A DNA stretch of 64,000 bases, from the NCBI GenBank assembly GCA_031835245.2, contig JAVKOQ020000003.1:1-64000 (forward strand), in the 5' to 3' direction. Shown here piece by piece: positions 39,996 through 57,376 of this stretch. The translations under genes and the position numbers were made by a program. The notes under the pieces were generated by a model that saw nothing but the letters and a program-made list of their open reading frames with translations, was not told the origin of the DNA and made no database searches. Position 1 is the first letter of the stretch; the number at the start of each line of letters is the position of its first letter. This DNA comes from Balamuthia mandrillaris (taxonomy: Eukaryota).

Positions 39996-40592
39996 GTTGC
40001 TTTATTCTTGCGTTTTATCGTTCCTCTTATTTTTATTCTGAAAAAAAGTTTGACCACCTGTCTTGTGGTCCGTTGTAACGGCTTTTCGGGATGGGTTCCG
40101 GTTAAATGAATGAAGTCTACAAATATTTCTTTGAAATTCTATTGGTCTTTCTACAATATGATCTGAATCTGAACTGAATTATAAGATCGTTATGATTCTG
40201 TCGACGCAACTGAATTTATTCTGAAATCTTATTGGTCGTAGATTAATCTGATCTGCATCGCTTAATTTTGTAGACATCACATATTTAATGTAGACATATA
40301 TTCATGTCGACATTTTTTTTTCTTCACTTTTTTCATTCTGAGATTTTTCTTCGTAACAAAAGGAATGAAACGACGTTTGGTGCCGCTCTTTTTATTGGGA
40401 AGGGAAGCTCCTCCTTTTTGCTTTTGAGTTTGCTGATAACGCACCACGAAAACCAAGTCAGTTAGCGAGACCTCTCCTCCGCATTGTTTGAAATAACCGA
40501 AAGAAGAAGCCTCATTATTACTGTTCGTCAAACTACTATAGACACAGAAAACCATTGTTACGCGAAACCTACAAACAAAAAAAAAGTGCTGT

Positions 40593-45310
<4,718 letters not shown>

Positions 45311-45421
45311 ACAATTTCCCATGTGTTTGGGAGAACAAGTCAAGGACATATGTTGTTTTATCCTTCCAAGGGAAGAAAAAAATTTATTCTATTTTTCTCG
45401 CTGAGACGGATGCTCTCCAGG

Positions 45422-47433
45422 TTATAGCAAACGTCGAGAAACAAGGAAGGTCTGCATGGCAGCACCCAAGAGTTGTGGTCGACGTATCAGCCGCTTGTCC
45501 CAAGGACAGTCGTTGGCATGCAGATAGTGAACCACCGCCAATCGGTTATGCGTTGCAGCAGCGGCAAAGGCTTTCGCGTCCCAAGGACACCCATGCCTAT
45601 GCAACCAGTCCAACGCCTCCAGGTGTCCAAACTGTGCTGCAGCTCTACAGGCCTCAAAATCCCAAGGGCAGCCCTTCTGGTGAAGCCATTTCAGTACCTC
45701 CACAAAACCAAGAGCAGCTGCAGCAGCGAACATGCGTGTACACCAGGGGTGGCCTGCCTTCCTCAGCAACCTCAGTATTGCCCACAGCGGCTCTTTGGCT
45801 AAAAGTTCGCTGAACCCCCACGTAGTAATGCTCTCCTCGTCATTGTTCAATAACCACGTAGGGCGCCATGGCTGTCCGCGCTCCAATGCCCATCGCAGCA
45901 CGTGCGCGTGTCCCTCTTTTGCAGCAGCATCCAAGCTCTCAATATCCCATTCGCACCCATTCTCCACCGCCCACTCCAAGACTTCCAGATGTCCATAAAA
46001 CGTAGCCTTGAAAGTCGTGTCTGTGTCCCAAGGACAACCGTTTTGCCTAGCGTATCGCAGCATTTCCAGGTCGCCTGCCTCAGCTGCTGAGGAGCAGACA
46101 TCTTGGTCCCAAGGACAGCCATTCTCGTGCAACCACTTGAGCACCGATAAGCTGCTTGCCATTTGGGTGGCGTCTTTATCCCAAGGACAGCCAAGTTCAC
46201 GGACCCATTGAAGGATATGAAGATGGTCGCTTCTAGCAGCGAATGCGCATACGTCTGTACTCCAAGGGCAGCCTTGCTCTTTCAGCCACTTCAGGGTCTC
46301 CAAGTTTCCACCGTCTGCTGCGGCACGCATTATCCGTTCTGGCTGCCAAGGGCAACCGTTTTCATGGAGCCACTTGAGCAACTCTAAGTTGCCATCCCTT
46401 GCAGCGCTGTTGCAAATAGAAGCATCCCATGTAAGGCCCTTTTCTCTGGCCAAAAGAAGCAGGTCCCTGTCTGCGGTGCCCAGCATGGTACCTAGATGAA
46501 TTTCAGCCAGGCCAACAATGTTGCCGCTGGTATTCTCAAACACCCATCGGAGGATGTGCTGGTTGCTACCTGCAGCCCACAGGATATCTTTCGTCTTTGT
46601 GGAGCCAGGGCAACCCTGTTTCATGGCCCAACGCAACACTGATAAATGTCCCGCTGAAGCTGCTGCCAGAAGCGTTTGCTCAGTCCATAGGCAGCCATGA
46701 GCACGCAGCCACTGAAGCACCGCCAAGTGACCTCCTTTAGCTGCTTCTGTGCAGCAGTTCTCGTCCCAATCGCAACCGTTCTTTCGGACCCATTTAAGGA
46801 CGTCCAGATGGCCTCCTGCTGCAGCGTTGATGCACGTCTTCGAGTTCCAGGGGCACCCTTGTCCGCGAGCCCATTTCAGTAAGTCCAACTTGCCTACATG
46901 GGCCAGCTGAGCCGAGAGGTCTCGGTTCAGTGGGCATCCGTTTTCCTCCACCGCAAAAGCTCCAAGGAGGAGGAGCAAGCGGCCTTGAGGAACAAGCGGC
47001 TTCTGAGTGTTGGAGAAAGGCGGTAAAACCAAGCACGACAGGTTCTGGCTGCGATGCCAACAAACATGCGGTCCAGTTGGGCAAACAAGGCACATAACAG
47101 CTCTTCTGGCAAGTCTGCCCAGTTGCCTCGATAGGATGTGGTTTGTTGTTGTGCGTCGTGTGGAAGGTGCGCAACGCTTGTCTGAACGTTGGGAGTGCAT
47201 TTGAACTTCTTGTTACGCGGTGACCCAGAGGGGCTCGACAACACTGATTGGAAGGATAGGCTGCTGCTTCCCTCTTCAACGTCTTTTCGACGGCCTGGGT
47301 CCTCGTAGTCATCCTCCTCAGGAAGAAAGCGCTTGCGAGAGAGGAGGGCCGCCAAGCAACGCACTTCCTCCCGAAGCGCAGCGACCGAGGCAGCCAGCGC
47401 GCGCAAGCTGCTGTTGTTTTCTTCTTCTTCCAT
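45422..47433 (-). CDS. F-box plus ankyrin-like (GCPW-repeat) protein, intronless, one frameshift near 46950
   Basis: WADLPEELL F-box; many AA.GGHL..L.W...GCPW repeats. Confidence 0.85.
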
Positions 47434-47579
47434 TCGTTTTTTTTTTTTTTGAGATTCGAATTTTTTCCTGGAAATTTTTTAATTTGTATTTGATTTTTTA
47501 TTGGCTGAACGGATTTTCATCTGATTTTCTTTCGCGACGACACGATATTTTTTGACGAAGAAATGAGCAGAAGAGAGAG

Positions 47580-47903
47580 ATGCACTCCCCAACCAGTAGT
47601 GCTTCAGATGGAGGGAGCAGCGGCAGCAGCAGCTCCAGTTCGGACTCTGCCGCGGCGCTGTTCAGCGCGTGCTGCCAGGGCTCACTGCAAGAGGTGAAGA
47701 GGCTGGTGTTGGAGGAGCGGCTGGACGCGAACACGCGCGACCGGGGAGGCGCCACCCCTCTGCATCACGCCGCTTGGCATGGACACGTCCCTGTCCTCAA
47801 GCTCCTGCTTCGCTACTCTGCAGACGTCAACGCGTGCAACGAGGAGGGCAGCACCAGTCTTCATTGGGTTTCTTACTCCTGCGAACCTTTTTCACTGCAT
47901 CTT

Positions 47904-47943
<40 letters not shown>

Positions 47944-50939
47944 CTCTCTGTCTCTCCTCTCTGCTTTCTTTTTACGCTTCTCTGCTTCTCTCATGCTCTG
48001 GTTCTCTCTTCTCTCTCTTCTTTTTTCCATTTTCACTTTCTTCTTTCTCATCTTTCGTTCTTTCGCAACATAATCTCTCTGTGGCGAAAAAGGCCTCGTG
48101 GAACGGTCATGTGGAAGCAGTGAGTTTGCTGCTCGCTCACAACGCTGACCCTAACGCCACCACCAACAGCGGGGAGACCGCTCTTCACTGGGCGGCCTAC
48201 AATAGACACACAGAAGTCTGCAAGCGGCTGCTTTGGGCGGTGGGACCAGCGGGGAGTGATGCTGGAGTGAGGGTGAAGGACAAGCATGGGTGGACGCCGC
48301 TGCAAAAGGCAAGGGCGGCGGAGGTTCAAGAGCTGTTGCGGAGGGGACTGTCGGAGGAGGAGAGGGCGGTGTTGGACAAGCAGTTTGAGGCGTTGAGGAA
48401 GGAAAGGAGTGCTGCCTCTCGGCCCTATTCTGAAGGTGTTTTTGCTATTCTATTTTCTCGTGTTCTTCTCTATTTGTTCGCTTCTCCTCGCTTATCTCTT
48501 TTCACATCTCTTGTCTTCTCTCCTGTATTCCTTTGCTAATGTTGAATTGAAAGAGATTTCACAGCGTTACTATGACTCTGGAATGTTGGACTTTACGGAT
48601 CGCATAGAAGATGGATTCTACGATGCTGGTCGCGAAGTTGAGTTTGCTCCTTTCGATCAGTTGCTGGAGAAACTGGACAAACAAATGATGGAGCAACCTG
48701 ACGTGCCATTAAGAGAAATCATTCTAGTGGACAGCACACGAGATCTTCGGCTAAAGGAAACTAAAATACAGGCCGAGTTTCTTCTCTCTCAATTCCCTCA
48801 CCTGGAAACTAAAATAAGGTTAGCTTCTGTCGTTCTTCTTTCCACCTTGCTTTCTTCCTTCCATTTCTCTTCTTCTCTTCGTTAGGTGCTTTCTATACTG
48901 TTATTCTTATTCTTTTCGTTCTTCTTTTCTTTCGTTTTTTGTTTTGGTGCAAAATACAAACAGGATGTTAGCAATGTTTGTAAGTAATCTTATGGGCGGC
49001 ATCCAAATTGACGAAATAGCAAAAGCAAACGAAATCTCTCTTCTTAACAAACACGTGTTGGATCACGTGCGACACGAGCTACGCTCCAACGTTGTCCCAT
49101 TGGGCTGCATTACGCATGGCGTTTGTCGGCATCGCTCTATCTTGTACAAATATCTCTGTGACTACCTGAACATACCTTGCCGCCTTGTTCGAGGATCTTA
49201 CGAAGACGGCGGACATGCTTGGAACGTTGTTTATCTTGGTTTGTTTTCCTCTCTTCGCTATTTTTCTTCTATTTTCTCCTTAAGTTGCTTTTATTCTTCT
49301 TTTGTATAGTAGTTCAGTTTTTCATTGTTGCTTGTCTTGTGCGTTTGTTTTACAGGAACTACATTTTATTTGGTGGATGTAATGAACCATCCTACTCATC
49401 TGTACGCTGAGAACTCTCCTGAAGCAAAATATTACAAGCGAATGGGACGCGTCTCTCCCGTCGACAATAGCAATGGCGTTATGAGCTCTCGCGATGCTCC
49501 TCTTAGATTTTTAGGTGGTATTGGTGGATCGAGCGTTCGTCTTCCTCCTGGCTTTCTTTCCACGTTATTAGATTATTCTTCTTCTGCTTCTTCTCAACAA
49601 CAACGCCTTGAAACCTCCGAGCTTTCGCGCTGCATTCCGTTGAAAGACTTTCGTAGAGCGGATCTCATTTTATATGAGAAGTTGGGCTCTGGGAGCTTTG
49701 GGGCTGTGTACAGATGTTCATTGAATGGTTTTTCGTGTGCGGTGAAGATCATGGACTTTGGTACTATGGCACAATCTTCTAATGCTGCTTCTCTCTTCCG
49801 ACGAAATGATCATCAACGTCTTCATCTTAAAGATAAACAAAAAGAAGATGAGGAAGAAGAAGAAGAAGAAGAAGAAGCCGAACACAGAGAAGAGGATGAC
49901 GAAGAAATCTCGTACATCAAACGCGAGATTGACATCTTGGAAAGTCTACACCACGACAATATTGTGACTTATCTTGGTCACGACGTACTCAAGTCACAAC
50001 GAAAGATTCATTTATTCATGGAATATGTGCCTCTTTCAATGGCGAGCATCATCAAACATCAACGAGACAAAGTGAAGAAACCCTTTGTCCCTGCTATCAT
50101 TCGAACCTATGCGTTGGAAGTGGCCAAAGGAATGCATTATCTTCATTCTCTACGTTCTCCTATTCTTCATCGTGATATTAAGGTTTGTTGTCGCTGTATT
50201 CTTTCTTTTTACAAGTTTTACTTTCAGTAGTTTTAAGTTTTGGTTTCCCAAAAACAGAGCAGTAATGTTTTGGTGGCATTTGACGAACACGGAACGCCAA
50301 AGAAAGTCAAGCTTTGCGACTTGTACCTTTCTTCCTCTCCTCTCTTTGCGCTCTGCTCTGCTCTCTGCTCTCCTTTATTACTGACGTGCAGCTCAATTTG
50401 CATAGTGGCGTAAGCAAGATGCTCGCCAATACAATGGTCGCAAGGACGCTGGTTGGTACACCTGGTTGGATTGCTCCTGAAGTACTTCATGGCAGCCACT
50501 CTGGTTACACGGATAAAGCTGATGGTACCCTACTTTTGCGTTTTGTTCTCTTTCATCTTTCCTCTTTCTCTCTATCGTTTTTGTTTGTCGTTCTTTTTCG
50601 CCGACGGTTCTCATTCTCTCCTTCTCTCCTTCTCTTCACTTTGTTATCTCTCCTCTCTAATATTATTCAGTGTGGTCTTTTGGAATGTTGCTGCTGGAAC
50701 TGTTGACATTGGACAAACCTGGTTCAAATCCACGGATTGCTGATCTCTATTTAACGATGGACAAAACGTATCACCCACTCATCAATATTTTGGTGGAGTG
50801 CACAAAAAGTACGTTGTGGTTCTAGTTCTTCTTGTGCTTCTTCCTGCTCACTTGGTGATGCTCTAAAACAGAGAAAGCAGAAGAAAGACCGATTGCTGAA
50901 GAGATTGTTTATAAACTTAGTGTTCTGAATTTGGCATGA
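47580..50939 (+). CDS. Ankyrin repeat + EDR1/CTR1 domain + protein kinase, multi-exon
   Basis: TPLHHAA and TALHWAA; DGFYDAGR, GVCRHRSILYKYLCD..IPCRLVRG; GSGSFG, AVK, HRDIK, DFG (spliced), GTPGWIAPE. Confidence 0.92.
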
Positions 50940-51110
50940 ACACTAAGAATTATTTGACTCTCTCTTTACACATGGGCAAATAGAGCACACCTCATTTGTC
51001 TTCTCTTGTTTGACGCAACACCATTCTTTCCTTCACATGTTGTGTAGGTTAAACTAACAAATTACACAGAAACAGGAAGAACAATGTTCGGTGTTGGCAT
51101 TGCAGTAGTT

Positions 51111-53644
51111 TTAAAAGTTGACAGAGCTGGGTGTCTCCAAGCTTGGTTCTTCCGCCTTTCTCTTCCGCCAAACCCAAACACCTACCAACAAACCAACCAC
51201 CGCTACCACCGTGACCACCAACACAACAGGAACCACTATCTTCCACCACAGCTCGTCTCCGTCATCATCGTCCTCCTCTTTCTCTCCATCCGCTCCATCT
51301 TCTCCACTCGCTCCTCCTAACAACACAGAAAGGTCAGGATCATACCGTAGAGTCTGTTGAAAGCGGGCCATAAACCGCAGCACAAACGTTTCGTTTTCTG
51401 GCTTCCACTCCACTTGGACGGCTCCTTCCTCTTCCACCACTTCATCCACCATCGCCACCTTCAAAAAGTTCAATGGAATGTTCGTTCCGTTTGTGTACAG
51501 GGTGAACGAAGTCATCTTCCCTCCTCCTTCTTCTTCTTCTTTGGTTGCCAGCAAGTATGGTCCATCTTTGCTGACCACCGACAGCTCCAATTCAAGATGA
51601 GAGGAAGAAGAGAGCCAAGGCCAATCCTCCAACAACAGGCTCCACTTACAGGTTTGCGGTTCGACGTAAAAGTTGGTTCCTCCAAACTCCAGCTCCGTTC
51701 CCTCCGCGAATAGCGTGAAGTTCAGAGAGAGCCGCGCTTGCGTTGCAACGGAGCTTGCAGAATTGGACACCAGGTCTGCCGAGAAGACGATGGAAGGAAG
51801 ATGACTAGACTCAACGTTCGAATGCACCACCGAGAAGTTTTGGTCTTGCAAAGAGTACGTTTGCAATACCTCTTCATCGCTCAAGACTTCGCTCAGCCTT
51901 AGGAACTGAGCAGAGAGAGCAAGCTCTTCCATGGGAGTTGGTGCTCTACTTTCTTCATCGTTATCATCCAACAAGATGAGTGTTGGATCTGGAAAGAACT
52001 GAGAGACCACCTCCCCTTCCTCCTCATCAAACGAGGTCTTCGTGGCGAAGCGAACTACCATGTTGGAACCTGGAACAACGAGACCAGGAGTGGAGGGCAC
52101 CACCACTTCCACACGATAAGCGGAGCTGGCAAGAAAGACGGAAGGCGAGGGCAACAAGTCCAAAGCGAACACCGAAGAAGAGGAAGGGAAAGCAACAGTC
52201 CAAGCAGTCAATCTGGCGTTGACCTGGCCTTCTTCCGTGAATGTAGCTTGAGCAGGATACACTTCCCATGAGCTTTCTTCTTCACCGTTGCCGTTGAGGT
52301 TGGTGATGGCCAAGCTGAGGTTCAAAGGAAGCGAGGATGAAGAGGGCGGGAAGGAAAGCCGAACGAGCAGCTTGAGCGTTTGAAAAGGAGAAAGCAACCA
52401 CAAAGCAGAAGGGAGGTCATCTTCGGATGCTTCCATCACCTCCACAGACGCAACTGGACGAGCGCCGTCCTCGCCCTGACCTGGGCAAGTGCAGTTGGAT
52501 TGAACGGTGGAGTCGCAGGGAGATATCATCAAATGGTTATGAGCGTTTTGCTCCTCGCAGAGGATCGGGGTTAAAGGTGGATTGATGTTGATCCCAAGGA
52601 AGGAGAGCTCATGGCTCGCTATCCACGTTCCGTTGATGAGGAAGACAAGACTTTCTACAGCAGTCATAAGATGAAGGGGTCAGAGGATGAAAGATAGAAC
52701 AACTAGCAAGCAACCAAACGAAAACGATGTGAACCTGTGCTGTTGATATTCTCGAAGCGAAGCGGGCCTTCGCTGATCCAAACAGACTCTATCACAGAAA
52801 TAAGAGTGCTTGATGTATCCGCTGCGCAACAAAAGCACACGTAAGTCACCTACATTTCTTTCGTTCTGGTTGGGTAAGTGCTTTATTACCTTGTGTTATC
52901 ACGGTGCTGCCTTTGCTGACCCATTGAGCATCTCCTATCAACACTGTTCCCCATAGTAATGTAGCTAAGTAAGAAAAGTAACAAACGAAGAGAAGGACCA
53001 AGTACCAAGAACAGAGCTGAGCACATCTTGAAAGACTACATCTTCGGTGACGAGGCCCACATGATTCTCCCCGGAACCAGCGTACACCACCAGACAAGGG
53101 GAGCCTCGACCCTTCACCCTGGCGTTCCGGATGGTCAGCGAGCCGTTCACAACGTCGGACCATTCCACTGCGGGATGGTTGTTGCCGTACAAGCTTATGT
53201 CCTCAATGACGACCTCCACGTATGTGCCGGAGGTTATCTTGATGTACGCGTCATGAAACACGTCTGGGTGCGTCGCTCTGTTTCATGGTTTTAACGTTAA
53301 GTACGAGAAGCAAAGCGGAGCACTAAAACAAAACACGACGGTACCTGATAGTAACAGAAGTAGAAACCATGAAGAACCAGTTGTTCAACGATACATTCCC
53401 GACCACAGTCACCACAGCGCCCTCCTCCACTGTGACGGCGTAAAACTCCGCCGGATCCGCACAACCTTCACAATATCCGACAGCTATGTTGAAACGGAGA
53501 GGGAGAGAAGGTTAAAAGAAAGAACACCGGAGTTTGTGAGAACCAAAAAGATGTCGCTAACATACATATCTGTTGCGCTCCTTTCGTAACGCTCACAAGA
53601 GAGAGTGCCCAGCAAAGCAGAAGAACTGCCAATTGACGCCTCAT
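51111..53644 (-). CDS. Type I membrane protein of unknown function, multi-exon
   Basis: Signal peptide MRRQLAVLLLCWALSLVSVTKG; LRYDPDLSVLL; C-terminal TM followed by RKRK. Confidence 0.7.
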
Positions 53645-54134
53645 CCTGTGTTGTTTTCTCCGTAATGCTATTGTTGCTTGTCTCTTGAAGACCGACGGCC
53701 TCAAAGCGTCCTTTCAACTCTTGCCACCGACAAAGATTCCCTGAAAGAGAGCACGTTTATTAGATGCGTTACCGCACAACTATCCCGAAAGACATTTCAA
53801 GCAAAAAATAGAAAAGTTAGGCATCTGCGACAGATGTCTAATAATGGCTGATAAAACTTTTAACTTGTTTAACACCTATATATTTTCGAACTAGACAAGA
53901 AGAATGGACACTGTGGGCTGCCTGTTCACGACGAGCAAAAGTTATCGGCGAAAATCGGAATTAAATCATTTTGTTAATGAATAATAATATAGCTCCAGTT
54001 TTAGTGCATAAAGGCGATGTTATGCAGAAATGGATGTTTGTTGCGGAAGTAGCCTGACCGGTGGAAGACTATAAGATATTGAAAGTTGACGGCACTGAGT
54101 AAGTTTGTCAAACAAAACAAAAAAACAACAAAAG

Positions 54135-55613
54135 ATGGAACCCTGCGAACTGGAAGTGATCCAGTCTTTATTGCTCCAACAAGAGGAGGAACCCTCCCCC
54201 ATCAAACGCGTCGCTCTTGCTCCTCCTGATAATTCCATGGTTGTCTGCTACATAAAGGTGTTGTTCCTATACAAGCGCCTGGACCCTTTGCTTCTGCTGC
54301 CCGCCCTTCGCAACACACTCTCTCACTATCCCATCTTCTTTGGCCGTTTAGAACGGTCCCTCTGCAACGGTCGTTGGACGGCTCTCCTCAACAACGCAGG
54401 AGTTCGTTTCGTTCATGCCAGGACCAACGCCACCATTCTCTCTTCCTTCAACTCTCTTTCTTCTACTGAGAACCTACTAAACGCAAACGTAATTCCTTGC
54501 AACCTCTTTTGTGACGAAGGGCTGGACCTTTTCAGCAGCGAGTCGCCTGTTCTTGCAGTTCAGGTGACCGAGTTCCAGGATGGAGCAGTGGCAGTTGCTG
54601 TTTGTGCCCATCACATTGTGGGAGATGGTCCGGCCTTGTTTCGGTTCATTCACCAATGGAGTGACAACGCTGCAGCTCTTCTACACCAGCCTTCTGCGAA
54701 GCAAGTTGCTGTTTCCGTTTGTCACGAAAGAGAATTGTTACGACCATGTTGGACAACGCCAAGGTTGGAGCACCCAGAATACAGCCTGAAGACACAAACG
54801 CTTTTGGAGAAGGTCCAGCGCTCTCCACCGACTTCTGTCAAGAGCTTTCATTTTCGAAGGGATGATCTGGCAAGGCTGAAAGCAGCTGCGTCGACGTCAT
54901 GCAATGCCGGCGAGTTTGTGTCCACAAACGATGCACTTACCTCGTTGTTCTTTCAAGTCATCACTAGCGCGAGGAAGATTGAAAACAAAGACACAACTGT
55001 GAAACTAGGGTAGGTTTTGTAAGCTCCTTGACGTTATTCATTTGCTGTATTCATTCCATCGTTTTTGTCCTCAATGTTCTTCCTACTTCTTTTTTCATTG
55101 TTCCTTGTGACTCACAATGCAACCAACGCAACCAGTTATGCAGTAGACGGTCGTCCTCGCCTTCCGTTTTTACCAGAAGAATACTGCGGCAACGTTACAT
55201 TCTTTGGACTTGTCCGCACTGATGTCACCCAGCTCCTGGCCATGTCGTTGGGCGAGTGTAGCAAACTCATACGCAAGACCACAGACTCTATGACTGCAGA
55301 ATACTTACAAGATGCCTTGGCATGGATAGAAGCTCAAGAGGATACTTCCTTGATTGACGTGCGACGGTCTGGCAACGACATTGCTGTCAGCAGCTGGGTG
55401 AGAGCGCAACTTTACGACGCCACCTTTGGGCAAGGCCAGCAGCCTTTCTATGCAGGGCTGCCTCCTCTCGATGTTCCAGATGGTCAGCTCTTCTTCGTCG
55501 ACGCTCCGGAGGGAGACGGAGTGCTCGCGGTGCTCTGGTTACAACAAGACCACATGGAAACGATCGAACACGACTCTTATTTCCGAAGTTTTTGTCCTTT
55601 ACATCATTCTTAA
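54135..55613 (+). CDS. BAHD/transferase-family acyl-CoA acyltransferase, 2 exons
   Basis: YP.FFGRL, LAVQVTEF, HHIVGDG (HxxxD), STNDAL, YCGN, ATFGQG (DFGWG-like). Confidence 0.9.
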
Positions 55614-55647
55614 GATAAGAAAACGAAGTCACCGACAAAGTCTTGTC

Positions 55648-57168
55648 TTAAGGTTGTTTGTTCTGTTCGTCCATCAGCGCTCGCTCCAACATACAAATCA
55701 GTTTTGCTTTGAGGCCTCTTACTTGGTCAGATCGCATAAACTCCAACAAAGAAGGGAGCAACTTCACCATTCGTTCTCGTTCGTGCTCGAGGAAGAACGT
55801 CAACAACTCGCGACATCGCATTCGACACAGCTCTTGAATGATGACCGGTGCTTCTTCCACTATCCATCCTCTCAGCGCGGGTGCCGTCGCTAACACCTGT
55901 TTCATCATCTTTCGTTGTTCCTTTCTTCCATAAATCGTTTTCAATAGCTTAAGCAGTGCCGTTGTAACTGCTTTCCTCTTCTCGCCGCTTTGATCATCAC
56001 GGGATGCTTCTTCCAACAGGCGCCACAAGTCGTTGGAGTAGGTCGAGTGGCGAAGCAGCTGCACGATGGAGAAGTCCTGTGGAAAAAAGGGATGGTAGAG
56101 GCAAGCGCCAAAAGAGCAACCCCCGTAATGGCCTTCTTCACAGCAGTTGAGCTTTAAGGGAATGCCGGCCAGTTGCAGCACCGCAATGATATCCCTCAGC
56201 AGTGCCCTTCGTCTTCGTTTCATGGGGTTGTGTTTGGCAAACTGCACAATGATCTGTGCCACTTGGATAGGAGTGCTGGTAGGGAATAAGATGGAAAGAT
56301 CTTCCACCCATTCCTGCTCCTCTGGCGGTTCGTGTTCTTCTTCTTCCGCTTGGGTATCTTGTTCTTGTTGTCGTTCTTGGTGAGGACGAAGAGGCGTGGG
56401 TTGGTAATGCACAAAGTGAAACAAACGAGCCAGCACCGCCACACGAAACAAGCCAAAACTTCGACGACTCAGCTGTGGGCTGTCCCAAGGTCTCCACGAC
56501 ATGCACTTCAACACCCGCTCCGCCACCTGTTCATATTCCGTTATCCAATCCCACGGAAACCAGGTCTCGCTCCACTTCATTCTGCTGTTGTTTGGCTCAG
56601 CAGCACAAATGAGCTCAGCCAGAACCACAAACTCGCCCATTGTTTTGGTAGTGGTTTGCAGCACCTGTGAGAAGACATGAGAAATGCTGTAGCCAAACCC
56701 CGTAGGGAGAGTCCGTGAGGGTGACGCCCCTTGTTCAAGCAGAGCGTTCAACCGCCCATCGTCCAGCATTTGCAGAGGGGTGTGGGAGTATTTCCTGAGG
56801 AGTTTGACCAGTCGGACGTCCAGATCCAGCACTTCTGGTGCTGAAAGTTGGGCTCTGGCTGTGTTGCGACGCTCCATTCGGGTCCACACGTTCTGCTTCA
56901 GTTGCTCGAACGCTCGCTGGGATCGGCCGGACATTTGTTGGGTGGCGAGAGCATGCCATTGCTTGCAGACCAGCTTGACGGAGCGGACGGTGTCGGGAGG
57001 AAAGAACCAAGAAGAGCCGTCGTCGTAGAGTAGGTCCTGTGAGAATCTGTGTTGGCGTCGCACGCTCTCGAAGCTGGGATCAAAACCTTCACGGCCAAAG
57101 GAGGAAAGCAGTGGAATATGAGAGAAAATAAGTTGAAGAAGATCGTTGTTGCTCAACACCTCTTCCAT
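55648..57168 (-). CDS. Hypothetical protein with an F-box-like N-terminus, intronless
   Basis: 506-aa ORF; EVLSNNDLLQLIFSH...LVCKQW. Confidence 0.7.
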   Translation of the reverse strand: MEEVLSNNDLLQLIFSHIPLLSSFGREGFDPSFESVRRQHRFSQDLLYDDGSSWFFPPDTVRSVKLVCKQWHALATQQMSGRSQRAFEQLKQNVWTRMERRNTARAQLSAPEVLDLDVRLVKLLRKYSHTPLQMLDDGRLNALLEQGASPSRTLPTGFGYSISHVFSQVLQTTTKTMGEFVVLAELICAAEPNNSRMKWSETWFPWDWITEYEQVAERVLKCMSWRPWDSPQLSRRSFGLFRVAVLARLFHFVHYQPTPLRPHQERQQEQDTQAEEEEHEPPEEQEWVEDLSILFPTSTPIQVAQIIVQFAKHNPMKRRRRALLRDIIAVLQLAGIPLKLNCCEEGHYGGCSFGACLYHPFFPQDFSIVQLLRHSTYSNDLWRLLEEASRDDQSGEKRKAVTTALLKLLKTIYGRKEQRKMMKQVLATAPALRGWIVEEAPVIIQELCRMRCRELLTFFLEHERERMVKLLPSLLEFMRSDQVRGLKAKLICMLERALMDEQNKQP

Positions 57169-57376
57169 GGCACTCGGCTCTTCTCCGGTTTCTTACTTTG
57201 TCTGCGGAGTTTTTTTTTCGACTGTAACGCATTACACTCAAGTCGACACTTTAGTGCCCCAACCAGTTCTTGCATTCCAACACTCGCTCCGCCACCTGTT
57301 AAGCAGGAGTAACACGGCCTTCCGCTCCATTTCAAGCTGAGGAAGAAGTCCGACCATGCAAAACTTTATTATAGGG

